The position numbers were made by a program, and so were the translations under genes. The notes under the pieces were generated by a model. The model did no database searches and was not told where the DNA came from. It saw only the letters and a list, made by a program, of their open reading frames with translations. A stretch of DNA of 64,000 nucleotides from the human T2T-CHM13v2.0 reference genome, Homo sapiens, in NCBI RefSeq assembly GCF_009914755.1, contig NC_060925.1. One strand, written 5' to 3'. Shown here in pieces: positions 42,401-56,000 of the stretch; position 1 is the stretch's first letter; each line of letters begins with the position of its first letter.

Positions 42401-43929
42401 ATTCCACAAAAAGAGTGTTTCAAGTCTGCTCTCTGTAAAGGATCATTCAACTCTGTGAGTTGAATAAACACAACACAAGGAAGTTACTGAGAATTATTCT
42501 GTCTAGCATAATATGAAGAAATCCCGTTTCCAACGAAGGCCTCAAAGAGGTCTGAATATCCACTTGCAGACTTTACAAACAGAGTGTTTCCTAACTGCTC
42601 TATGAGAAGAAAAGTTAAACTCTGTGAGTTGAACGCACACATCACAAAAGATTTTCTGAGAATCATTCTGTCTAGTCTTTATATGAAGATAGTTTCCTTT
42701 TCTACCATTGACCTCAAAGCGGCTGAAATCTCCACTTGCAAATTCCACAAAAAGAGTTTTTCAAGTCTGCTCTGTGTAAAGGATCGTTCAACTCTGTGAG
42801 TTGAATACACACAACACAAGGAAGTTACTGAGAATTCTTCTGTCTAGCAGAATAGGAAGAAATCCCGTTTCCAACGAAGGCCACAAGATGTCAGAATATC
42901 CACTTACAGACTTTACAAACAGAGTGTTTCCTAACTGCTCTATGAACAGAAAGGTTAAACTCTGTGAGTTGAACGAACACATCACAACGCAGTTTGTGGG
43001 AATGATTCTGTCTAGTTTTGAAACGAAGATATTTCCTTTTCTGCCGTTGACCTTAAAGCGCTTGAAATCTACACTTGCAAATTGCACAAATAGAGTGTTT
43101 CAAATCTGCTCTGTCTAAGGGAACGTTCAACTCTGTGAGTTGAATGCACACAACACAAGGAAGTTACTGGGAATTCTTCTGTCTAGCCTTACATGAAAAA
43201 AACCCGTTTCCAACGAAGGCCTCTAAGTGGTCAAAATTTCTACGTGCAGACTTTACAAACAGAGTGTTTCCAAACCGCTGAATGAAAAGAAAAGTTAAAC
43301 TCTGAGAGTTGAACGCACACATCACGCAGCAGTTTCTGAGAATGATTCTGTCTAGTTTTTATACGAAGATATTTCCTTTTCTGCCTTTGGCCCCAAAGCG
43401 CTTGAAATCTCCACTTGCAAATTCCACAAAAACAGTGTTTCAAATCTGCTCTCTCTAAATGAAAGTTCAACTCTGTCAGTTGAATACACACAACACAGGG
43501 AAGTTACTGAGAATTCTTCTGTCTAGCATAATATGAAGAAATCCCGTTTCCAACGAAGGCCTCAAAGGGGTCTGAATATCCACTTGCAGACTTTATAAAC
43601 AGAGTGTTTACTAACTGCTCTATGAAAAGAAAGGTTAAACTCTGTGAGTTGAACACACACATCACAAAGGAGTTTCTGAGAATCATTCTGTCTAGTTTTT
43701 CTACGAAGATATTTCCTTTTCTACTATTGACCTCAAAGCGGCTGAAATCTCCACTTGCAAATTCCACAAAAAGAGTGTTTCAAGTCTGCTCTGTGTAAAG
43801 GATCGTTCAACTCTGTGAGTTGAATACACACAAAACAAGGAAGTTACTGAGAATTCTTCTGTCTAGCAGAATATGAAGAAATCCCGTTTCCAACGAAGGC
43901 CTCAAAGAGGTCTGAATATCCACTTGCAG

Positions 43930-46900
43930 ACTTTACAAACAGAGTGTTTACTAACTGCTCTATGAAAAGAAAGTTTAAACTCTGTGAGTTGAACGCACAC
44001 ATCACAAAGGAGTTTCTGAGAATCGTTCTGTCTAGTTTCTATAGGAAGATATTTCCTATTCTACCATTGACCTCAAAGCGGCTGAAATCTCCAGTTGCAA
44101 ATTCCACGAAAAGAATGTTTCAAGTCTGCTCTGTGTAAAGGATCGTTCAACTCTGTGAGTTGAATACACACAACACAAGGAAGTTACTGAGAGTTCTTCT
44201 GTCTAGCAGAATATGAAGAAATCCCGTTTCCAACGAAGGCCTCAAGGAGGTCTGAATATCCACTTGCAGACTTTACAAACAGAGTGTTTCCTAACTGCTC
44301 TATGAACAGAAAGGTTAAACTCTGTGAGTTGAACGCACACATCACAAAGGAGTTTCTGAGAATCATTCTGTCTAGTCTTTATACGAAGATATTTACTTTT
44401 CTACCATTGACCTCAAAGCGGCTGAAATCTCCACTTGCAAATTCCACAAAAAGAGTGTTTCAAGTCTGCTCTGTGTAAAGGATCATTCAACTCTGTGAGT
44501 TGAATAAACACAACACAAGGAAGTTACTGAGAATTCTTCTGTCTAGCAGAATATGAAGAAATCCCGTTTCCAACGAAGGCCTCAAGGAGGTCTGAATATC
44601 CACTTGCAGACTTTACAAACAGAGTGTTTCCTAACTGCTCTATGAAAAGAAAGGTTAAACTCTGTGAGTTGAACGCACACATCACAAAGGAGTTTATGAG
44701 AATCATTCTGTCTAGTTTCTATAAGAAGATATTTCCTATTCTACCATTGACCTCAAAGCGGCTGAAATCTCCACTTGCAAATTCGACAAACAGAGTGTTT
44801 CAAGCCTGCTCTCTGTAAAGGATCCTTCAACTCTGTGAGTTGAATACACACAACACAAGGAAGTTACTGAGAATTATTCTGTCTAGCAGAATATGAAGAA
44901 ATCCCGTTTCCAACGAAGGCCTCAAAGAGGTCTGAATATCCACTTGCAGACTTTACAAACAGAGTGTTTCCTAACTGCTCTATGAGAAGAAAAGTTAAAC
45001 TCTGTGAGTTGAACGCACACATCACAAAAGATTTTCTGAGAATCATTCTGTCTAGTCTTTATATGAAGATAGTTTCCTTTTCTACCATTGACCTCAAAGC
45101 GGCTGAAATCTCCACTTGCAAATTCCACAAAAAGAGTGTTTCAAGTCTGCTCTGTGTAAAGGATCGTTCAACTCTGTGAGTTGAATACACACAACACAAG
45201 GAAGTTACTGAGAATTCTTCTGTCTAGCAGAATAGGAAGAAATCCCGTTTCCAACGAAGGCCACAAGATGTCAGAATATCCACTTACAGACTTTACAAAC
45301 AGAGTGTTTCCTAACTGCTCTATGAACAGAAAGGTTAAACTCTGTGAGTTGAACGAACACATCACAACGCAGTTTGTGGGAATGATTCTGTCTAGTTTTG
45401 AAACGAAGATATTTCCTTTTCTGCCGTTGACCTTAAAGCGCTTGAAATCTACACTTGCAAATTGCACAAATAGAGTGTTTCAAATCTGCTCTGTCTAAGG
45501 GAACGTTCAACTCTGTGAGTTGAATGCACACAACACAAGGAAGTTACTGGGAATTCTTCTGTCTAGCCTTACATGAAAAAAAACTCGTTTCCAACGAAGG
45601 CCTCTAAGTGGTCAAAATATCCACGTGCAGACTTTACAAACAGAGTGTTTCCAAACCGCTGAATGAAAAGAAAAGTTAAACTCTGAGAGTTGAACGCACA
45701 CATCACGCAGCAGTTTCTGAGAATGATTCTGTCTAGTTTTTATACGAAGATATTTCCTTTTCTGCCCTTGGCCCCAAAGCGCTTGAAATCTCCACTTGCA
45801 TATTCCACAAAAACAGTGTTTCAAATCTGCTCTCTCTAAATGAAATTTCAACTCTGTCAGTTGAATACACACAACACAAGGAAGTTACCGAGAATTCTTC
45901 TGTCTAGCAGAATATGAAGAAATCCCGTTTCCAACGAAGGCCTCAAAGGGGTCTGAATATCCACTTGCAGACTTTAAAAACAGAGTGTTTACTAACTGTT
46001 CTATGAAAAGAAAGGTTAAACTCTGTGAGTTGAACACACACATCACAAAGGAGTTTCTGAGAATCATTCTGCCTAGTTTTTCTACGAAGATATTTCCTTT
46101 TCTACTATTGACCTCAAAGCGGCTGAAATCTCCACTTGCAAATTCCACAAAAAGAGTGTTTCAAGTCTGCTCTGTGTAAAGGATCGTTCAACTCTGTGAG
46201 TTGAATACACACAACACAAGGAAGTTACTGAGAATTCTTCTGTCTAGCAGAATATGAAGAAATCCCGTTTCCAACGAAGGCCTCAAAGAGGTCTGAATAT
46301 CCACTTGCAGACTTTACAAACAGAGTGTTTCCTAACTGCTCTATGAAAAGAAAGGTTAAACTCTGTGAGTTGAACGCACACATCACAAAGGAGTTTCTGA
46401 GAATCATTCTGTCTAGTTTCTATAGGAAGATATTTCCTATTCTACCATTGACCTCAAAGCGGCTGAAATCTCCACTTGCAAATTCCACAAAAAGAGTGTT
46501 TCAAGTCTGCTCTGTGTAAAGGATCGTTCAACTCTGTGAGTTGAATACATACAACACAAGGAAGTTACTGAGAATTCTTCTGTCTAGCAGAATATGAAGA
46601 AATCCGGTTTCCAACGAAGGCCTCAAGGAGGTGTGAATATCCACTTGCAGACTTTACAAACAGAGTGTTTCCTAACTGCTCTATGAACAGAAAGGTTAAA
46701 CTCTGTGAGTTGAACGCACACACCACAAAAGAGTTTCTGAGAATCATTCTGTCTAGTCTTTATACGAAGATATTTACTTTTCTACCATTGACCTCAAAGC
46801 GGCTGAAATCTCCACTTGCAAATTCCACAAAAAGAGTGTTTCAAGTCTGCTCTCTGTAAAGGATCATTCAACTCTGTGAGTTGAATAAACACAACACAAG

Positions 46901-49900
46901 GAAGTTACTGAGAATTCTTCTGTCTAGCAGAATATGCAGAAATCCCGTTTCCAACGAAGGCCTCAAGGAGGTCTGAATATCCACTTGCAGACTTTACAAA
47001 CAGAGTGTTTCCTAACTGCTCTATGAAAAGAAAGGTTAAACTCTGTGAGTTGAACGCACACATCACAAAGGAGTTTATGAGAATCATTCTGTCTAGTTTC
47101 TATAAGAAGATATTTCCTATTCTACCATTGACCTCAAAGCGGCTGAAATCTCCACTTGCAAATTCGACAAAAAGAGTGTTTCAAGCCTGCTCTCTGTAAA
47201 GGATCCTTCAACTCTGTGAGTTGAATACACACAACACAAGGAAGTTACTGAGAATTATTCTGTCTAGCATAATATGAAGAAATCCCGTTTCCAACGAAGG
47301 CCTCAAAGAGGTCTGAATATCCACTTGCAGACTTTACAAACAGAGTGTTTCCTAACTGCTCTATGAGAAGAAAAGTTAAACTCTGTGAGTTGAACGCACA
47401 CATCACAAAAGATTTTCTGAGAATCATTCTGTCTAGTCTTTATATGAAGATAGTTTCCTTTTCTACCATTGACCTCAAAGCGGCTGAAATCTCCACTTGC
47501 AAATTCCACAAAAAGAGTGTTTCAAGTCTGCTCTGTGTAAAGGATCGTTCAACTCTGTGAGTTGAATACACACAACACAAGGAAGTTACTGAGAATTCTT
47601 CTGTCTAGCAGAATAGGAAGAAATCCCGTTTCCAACGAAGGCCACAAGATGTCAGAATATCCACTTACAGACTTTACAAACAGAGTGTTTCCTAACTGCT
47701 CTATGAACAGAAAGGTTAAACTCTGTGAGTTGAACGAACACATCACAACGCAGTTTGTGGGAATGATTCTGTCTAGTTTTGAAACGAAGATATTTCCTTT
47801 TCTGCCGTTGACCTTAAAGCGCTTGAAATCTACACTTGCAAATTGCACAAATAGAGTGTTTCAAATCTGCTCTGTCTAAGGGAACGTTCAACTCTGTGAG
47901 TTGAATGCACACAACACAAGGAAGTTACTGGGAATTCTTCTGTCTAGCCTTACATGAAAAAAAACCCGTTTCCAACGAAGGCCTCTAAGTGGTCAAAATA
48001 TCCACGTGCAGACTTTACAAACAGAGTGTTTCCAAACCGCTGAATGAAAAGAAAAGTTAAACTCTGAGAGTTGAACGCACACATCATGCAGCAGTTTCTG
48101 AGAATGATTCTGTCTAGTTTTTATACGAAGATATTTCCTTTTCTGCCCTTGGCCCCAAAGCGCTTGAAATCTCCACTTGCAAATTCCACAAAAACAGTGT
48201 TTCAAATCTGCTCTCTCTAAATGAAAGTTCAACTCTGTCAGTTGAATACACACAACACAAGGAAGTTACTGAGAATTCTTCTGTCTAGCATAATATGAAG
48301 AAATCCCGTTTCCAACGAAGGCCTCAAAGGGTTCTGAATATCCACTTGCAGACTTTATAAACAGAGTGTTTACTAACTGCTCTATGAAAAGAAAGGTTAA
48401 ACTCTGTGAGTTGAACACACACATCACAAAGGAGTTTCTGAGAATCATTCTGCCTAGTTTTTCTACGAAGATATTTCCTTTTCTACTATTGACCTCAAAG
48501 CGGCTGAAATCTCCACTTGCAAATTCCACAAAAAGAGTGTTTCAAGTCTGCTCTGTGTAAAGGATCGTTCAACTCTGTGAGTTGAATACACACAACACAA
48601 GGAAGTTACTGAGAATTCTTCTGTCTAGCAGAATATGAAGAAATCCCGTTTCCAACGAAGGCCTCAAAGAGGTCTGAATATCCACTTGCAGACTTTACAA
48701 ACAGAGTGTTTCCTAACTGCTCTATGAAAAGAAAGTTTAAACTCTGTGAGTTGAACGCACACATCACAAAGGAGTTTCTGAGAATCGTTCTGTCTAGTTT
48801 CTATAGGAAGATATTTCCTATTCTACCATTGACCTCAAAGCGGCTGAAATCTCCAGTTGCAAATTCCACGAAAAGAATGTTTCAAGTCTGCTCTGTGTAA
48901 AGGATCGTTCAACTCTGTGAGTTGAATACACACAACACAAGGAAGTTACTGAGAGTTCTTCTGTCTAGCAGAATATGAAGAAATCCCGTTTCCAACGAAG
49001 GCCTCAAGGAGGTCTGAATATCCACTTGCAGACTTTACAAACAGAGTGTTTCCTAACTGCTCTATGAACAGAAAGGTTAAACTCTGTGAGTTGAACGCAC
49101 ACATCACAAAGGAGTTTCTGAGAATCATTCTGTCTAGTCTTTATACGAAGATATTTACTTTTCTACCATTGACCTCAAAGCGGCTGAAATCTCCACTTGC
49201 AAATTCCACAAAAAGAGTGTTTCAAGTCTGCTCTGTGTAAAGGATCATTCAACTCTGTGAGTTGAATAAACACAACACAAGGAAGTTACTGAGAATTCTT
49301 CTGTCTAGCAGAATATGAAGAAATCCCGTTTCCAACGAAGGCCTCAAGGAGGTCTGAATATCCACTTGCAGACTTTACAAACAGAGTGTTTCCTAACTGC
49401 TCTATGAAAAGAAAGGTTAAACTCTGTGAGTTGAACGCACACATCACAAAGGAGTTTATGAGAATCATTCTGTCTAGTTTCTATAAGAAGATATTTCCTA
49501 TTCTACCATTGACCTCAAAGCGGCTGAAATCTCCACTTGCAAATTCGACAAACAGAGTGTTTCAAGCCTGCTCTCTGTAAAGGATCCTTCAACTCTGTGA
49601 GTTGAATACACACAACACAAGGAAGTTACTGAGAATTATTCTGTCTAGCAGAATATGAAGAAATCCCGTTTCCAACGAAGGCCTCAAAGAGGTCTGAATA
49701 TCCACTTGCAGACTTTACAAACAGAGTGTTTCCTAACTGCTCTATGAGAAGAAAAGTTAAACTCTGTGAGTTGAACGCACACATCACAAAAGATTTTCTG
49801 AGAATCATTCTGTCTAGTCTTTATATGAAGATAGTTTCCTTTTCTACCATTGACCTCAAAGCGGCTGAAATCTCCACTTGCAAATTCCACAAAAAGAGTG

Positions 49901-52900
49901 TTTCAAGTCTGCTCTGTGTAAAGGATCGTTCAACTCTGTGAGTTGAATACACACAACACAAGGAAGTTACTGAGAATTCTTCTGTCTAGCAGAATAGGAA
50001 GAAATCCCGTTTCCAACGAAGGCCACAAGATGTCATAATATCCACTTACAGACTTTACAAACAGAGTGTTTCCTAACTGCTCTATGAACAGAAAGGTTAA
50101 ACTCTGTGAGTTGAACGAACACATCACAACGCAGTTTGTGGGAATGATTCTGTCTAGTTTTGAAACGAAGATATTTCCTTTTCTGCCGTTGACCTTAAAG
50201 CGCTTGAAATCTACACTTGCAAATTGCACAAATAGAGTGTTTCAAATCTGCTCTGTCTAAGGGAACGTTCAACTCTGTGAGTTGAATGCACACAACACAA
50301 GGAAGTTACTGGGAATTCTTCTGTCTAGCCTTACATGAAAAAAAACCCGTTTCCAACGAAGGCCTCTAAGTGGTCAAAATATCCACGTGCAGACTTTACA
50401 AACAGAGTGTTTCCAAACCGCTGAATGAAAAGAAAAGTTAAACTCTGAGAGTTGAACGCACACATCACGCAGCAGTTTCTGAGAATGATTCTGTCTAGTT
50501 TTTATACGAAGATATTTCCTTTTCTGCCCTTGGCCCCAAAGCGCTTGAAATCTCCACTTGCATATTCCACAAAAACAGTGTTTCAAATCTGCTCTCTCTA
50601 AATGAAATTTCAACTCTGTCAGTTGAATACACACAACACAAGGAAGTTACCGAGAATTCTTCTGTCTAGCAGAATATGAAGAAATCCCGTTTCCAACGAA
50701 GGCCTCAAAGGGGTCTGAATATCCACTTGCAGACTTTAAAAACAGAGTGTTTACTAACTGTTCTATGAAAAGAAAGGTTAAACTCTGTGAGTTGAACACA
50801 CACATCACAAAGGAGTTTCTGAGAATCATTCTGCCTAGTTTTTCTACGAAGATATTTCCTTTTCTACTATTGACCTCAAAGCGGCTGAAATCTCCACTTG
50901 CAAATTCCACAAAAAGAGTGTTTCAAGTCTGCTCTGTGTAAAGGATCGTTCAACTCTGTGAGTTGAATACACACAACACAAGGAAGTTACTGAGAATTCT
51001 TCTGTCTAGCAGAATATGAAGAAATCCCGTTTCCAACGAAGGCCTCAAAGAGGTCTGAATATCCACTTGCAGACTTTACAAACAGAGTGTTTCCTAACTG
51101 CTCTATGAAAAGAAAGGTTAAAATCTGTGAGTTGAACGCACACATCACAAAGGAGTTTCTGAGAATCATTCTGTCTAGTTTCTATAGGAAGATATTTCCT
51201 ATTCTACCATTGACCTCAAAGCGGCTGAAATCTCCACTTGCAAATTCCACAAAAAGAGTGTTTCAAGTCTGCTCTGTGTAAAGGATCGTTCAACTCTGTG
51301 AGTTGAATACATACAACACAAGGAAGTTACTGAGAATTCTTCTGTCTAGCAGAATATGAAGAAATCCGGTTTCCAACGAAGGCCTCAAGGAGGTCTGAAT
51401 ATCCACTTGCAGACTTTACAAACAGAGTGTTTCCTAACTGCTCTATGAAAAGAAAGGTTAAACTCTGTGAGTTGAACGCACACATCACAAAGGAGTTTAT
51501 GAGAATCATTCTGTCTAGTTTCTATAAGAAGATATTTCCTATTCTACCATTGACCTCAAAGCGGCTGAAATCTCCACTTGCAAATTCGACAAAAAGAGTG
51601 TTTCAAGCCTGCTCTCTGTAAAGGATCCTTCAACTCTGTGAGTTGAATACACACAACACAAGGAAGTTACTGAGAATTATTCTGTCTAGCATAATATGAA
51701 GAAATCCCGTTTCCAACGAAGGCCTCAAAGAGGTCTGAATATCCACTTGCAGACTTTACAAACAGAGTGTTTCCTAACTGCTCTATGAGAAGAAAAGTTA
51801 AACTCTGTGAGTTGAACGCACACATCACAAAAGATTTTCTGAGAATCATTCTGTCTAGTCTTTATATGAAGATAGTTTCCTTTTCTACCATTGACCTCAA
51901 AGCGGCTGAAATCTCCACTTGCAAATTCCACAAAAAGAGTGTTTCAAGTCTGCTCTGTGTAAAGGATCGTTCAACTCTGTGAGTTGAATACACACAACAC
52001 AAGGAAGTTACTGAGAATTCTTCTGTCTAGCAGAATAGGAAGAAATCCCGTTTCCAACGAAGGCCACAAGATGTCAGAATATCCACTTACAGACTTTACA
52101 AACAGAGTGTTTCCTAACTGCTCTATGAACAGAAAGGTTAAACTCTGTGAGTTGAACGAACACATCACAACGCAGTTTGTGGGAATGATTCTGTCTAGTT
52201 TTGAAACGAAGATATTTCCTTTTCTGCCGTTGACCTTAAAGCGCTTGAAATCTACACTTGCAAATTGCACAAATAGAGTGTTTCAAATCTGCTCTGTCTA
52301 AGGGAACGTTCAACTCTGTGAGTTGAATGCACACAACACAAGGAAGTTACTGGGAATTCTTCTGTCTAGCCTTACATGAAAAAAAACCCGTTTCCAACGA
52401 AGGCCTCTAAGTGGTCAAAATATCCACGTGCAGACTTTACAAACAGAGTGTTTCCAAACCGCTGAATGAAAAGAAAAGTTAAACTCTGAGAGTTGAACGC
52501 ACACATCATGCAGCAGTTTCTGAGAATGATTCTGTCTAGTTTTTATACGAAGATATTTCCTTTTCTGCCCTTGGCCCCAAAGCGCTTGAAATCTCCACTT
52601 GCAAATTCCACAAAAACAGTGTTTCAAATCTGCTCTCTCTAAATGAAAGTTCAACTCTGTCAGTTGAATACACACAACACAAGGAAGTTACTGAGAATTC
52701 TTCTGTCTAGCATAATATGAAGAAATCCCGTTTCCAACGAAGGCCTCAAAGGGGTCTGAATATCCACTTGCAGACTTTATAAACAGAGTGTTTACTAACT
52801 GCTCTATGAAAAGAAAGGTTAAACTCTGTGAGTTGAACACACACATCACAAAGGAGTTTCTGAGAATCATTCTGCCTAGTTTTTCTACGAAGATATTTCC

Positions 52901-53050
52901 TTTTCTACTATTGACCTCAAAGCGGCTGAAATCTCCACTTGCAAATTCCACAAAAAGAGTGTTTCAAGTCTGCTCTGTGTAAAGGATCGTTCAACTCTGT
53001 GAGTTGAATACACACAACACAAGGAAGTTACTGAGAATTCTTCTGTCTAG
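43930..53050 (-). repeat. Tandem duplication of a 4762-bp (14+14 monomer) super-unit; the second copy lacks one dimer
   Basis: ORF fingerprints 43944/48706 and 45612/50374 give +4762; then 47005/51427 and 47993/52415 give +4422. Confidence 0.85.
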
Positions 53051-56000
53051 CAGAATATGAAGAAATCCCGTTTCCAACGAAGGCCTCAAAGAGGTCTGAA
53101 TATCCACTTGCAGACCTTACAAACAGAGTGTTTCCTAACTGCTCTATGAAAAGAAAGGTTAAACTCTGTGAGTTGAACGCACACATCACAAAGGAGTTTC
53201 TGAGAATCATTCTGTCTAGTTTCTATAGGAAGATATTTCCTATTCTACCATTGACCTCAAAGCGGCTGAAATCTCCACTTGCAAATTCCACAAAAAGAGT
53301 GTTTCAAGTCTGCTCTGTGTAAAGGATCGTTCAACTCTGTGAGTTGAATACACACAACACAAGGAAGTTACTGAGAATTCTTCTGTCTAGCAGAATATGA
53401 AGAAATCCCGTTTCCAACGAAGGCCTCAAGGAGGTCTGAATATCCACTTGCAGACTTTACAAACAGAGTGTTTCCTAAGTGCTCTATGAACAGAAAGGTG
53501 AAACTCTGTGAGTTGAACGCACACATCACAAAGGAGTTTCTGAGAATCATTCTGTCTAGTCTTTATACGAAGATATTTCCTTTTCTACCATTGACCTCAA
53601 AGCGGCTGAAATCTCCACTTGCAAATTCCACAAAAAGAGTGTTTCAAGTCTGCTCTGTGTAAAGGATCGTACAACTCTGTGAGTTGAATACACACAACAC
53701 AAGGAAGTTACTGAGAATTCTTCTGTCTAGCAGAATATGAAGAAATCCCGTTTCCAACGAAGGCCTCAAGGAGGTCTGAATATCCACTTGCAGACTTTAC
53801 AAACAGAGTGTTTCCTAACTGCTCTATGAACAGAAAGGTTAAACTCTGTGAGTTGAACGCACACATCACAAAAGAGTTTCTGAGAATCATTCTGTCTAGT
53901 CTTTATACGAAGATATTTCCTTTTCTACCATTGACATCAAAGTGGCTGAAATCTCCACTTGCAAATTCCACAAAAAGAGTGTTTCAAGTCTGCTCTGTGT
54001 AAAGGATCGTTCAACTCTGTGAGTTGAATACACACAACACAAGGAAGTTACTGAGAATTCTTCTGTCTAGCAGAATATGAAGAAATCCCGTTTCCAACGA
54101 AGGCCACAAGATGTCAGAATATCCACTTACAGACTTTACAGAGTGTTTCCTAACTGCTCTATGAACAGAAAGGTTAAACTCTGTGAGTTGAACGAACACA
54201 TCACAACGCAGTTTGTGGGAATGATTCTGTCTAGTTTTGAAACGAAGATATTTCCTTTTCTGCCATTGACCTTAAAGCGCTTGAAATCTACACTTGCAAA
54301 TTGCACAAATAGAGTGTTTCAAATCTGCTCTGTCTAAGGGAACGTTCAACTCTGTGAGTTGAATGCACACAACACAAGGAAGTTACTGGGAATTCTTCTG
54401 TCTAGCCTTACATGAAAAAAAACCCGTTTCCAACGAAGGCCTCTAAGTGGTCAAAATATCCACGTGCAGACTTTACAAACAGAGTGTTTCCAAACCGCTG
54501 AATGAAAAGAAAAGTTAAACTCTGAGAGTTGAACGCACACATCACGCAGCAGTTTCTGAGAATGATTCTGTCTAGTTTTTATACGAAGATATTTCCTTTT
54601 CTGCCTTTGGCCCCAAAGCGCTTGAAATCTCCACTTGCAAATTCCACAAAAACAGTGTTTCAAATCTGCTCTCTCTAAATGAAAGTTGAACTCTGTCAGT
54701 TGAATACACACAACACAAGGAAGTTACTGAGAATTCTTCTGTCTAGCATAATATGAAGAAATCCCGTTTCCAACGAAGGCCTCAAAGGGGTCTGAATATC
54801 CACTTGCAGACTTTATAAACAGAGTGTTTACTAACTGCTCTAGGAAAAGAAAGGTTAAACTCTGTGAGTTGAACACACACATCACAAAGGAGTTTCTGAA
54901 AATCATTCTGTCTAGTTTTTCTACGAAGATATTTCCTTTTCTACTATTGACCTCAAAGCGGCTGAAATCTCCACTTGCAAATTCCACAAAAAGAGTGTTT
55001 CAAGTCTGCTCTGTGTAAAGGATCGTTCAACTCTGTGAGTTGAATACACACAACACAAGGAAGTTACTGAGAATTCTTCTGTCTAGCAGAATATGAAGAA
55101 ATCCCGTTTCCAACGAAGGCCTCAAAGAGGTCTGAATATCCACTTGCAGACTTTACAAACAGAGTGTTTCCTAACTGCTCTATGAAAAGAAAGGTTAAAC
55201 TCTGTGAGTTGAACGCACACATCACAAAGGAGTTTCTGAGAATCGTTCTGTCTAGTTTCTATAGGAAGATATTTCCTATTCTACCATTGACCTCAAAGCG
55301 GCTGAAATCTCCACTTGCAAATTCCACAAAAAGAGTGTTTCAAGTCTGCTCTGTGTAAAGGATCGTTCAACTCTGTGAGTTGAATACACACAACACAAGG
55401 AAGTTACTGAGAATTATTCTGTCTAGCATAATATGAAGAAATCCCGTTTCCAACGAAGGCCTCAAAGAGGTCTGAATATCCACTTGCAGACTTTACAAAC
55501 AGAGTGTTTCCTAACTGCTCTATGAACGGAAAGGTTAAACTCTGTGAGTTGAATGCACACATCACAAAGGAGTTTCTGAGAATCATTCTGTCTAGTCTTT
55601 ATACGAAGATATTTACTTTTCTACCATTGACCTCAAAGCGGCTGAAATCTCCACTTGCAAATTCCACAAAAAGAGTGTTTCAAGTCTGCTCTGTGTAAAG
55701 GATCATTCAACTCTGTGAGTTGAATAAACACAACACAAGGAAGTTACTGAGAATTCTTCAGTCTAGCAGAATATGAAGAAATCCCGTTTCCAACGAAGGC
55801 CTCAAGGAGGTCTGAATATCCACTTGCAGACTTTACAAACAGAGTGTTTCCTAACTGCTCTATGAAAAGAAAGGTTAAACTCTGTGAGTTGAACGCACAC
55901 ATCACAAAGGAGTTTATGAGAATCATTCTGTCTAGTTTCTATAAGAAGATATTTCCTATTCTACCATTCACCTCAAAGCGGCTGAAATCTCCACTTGCAA

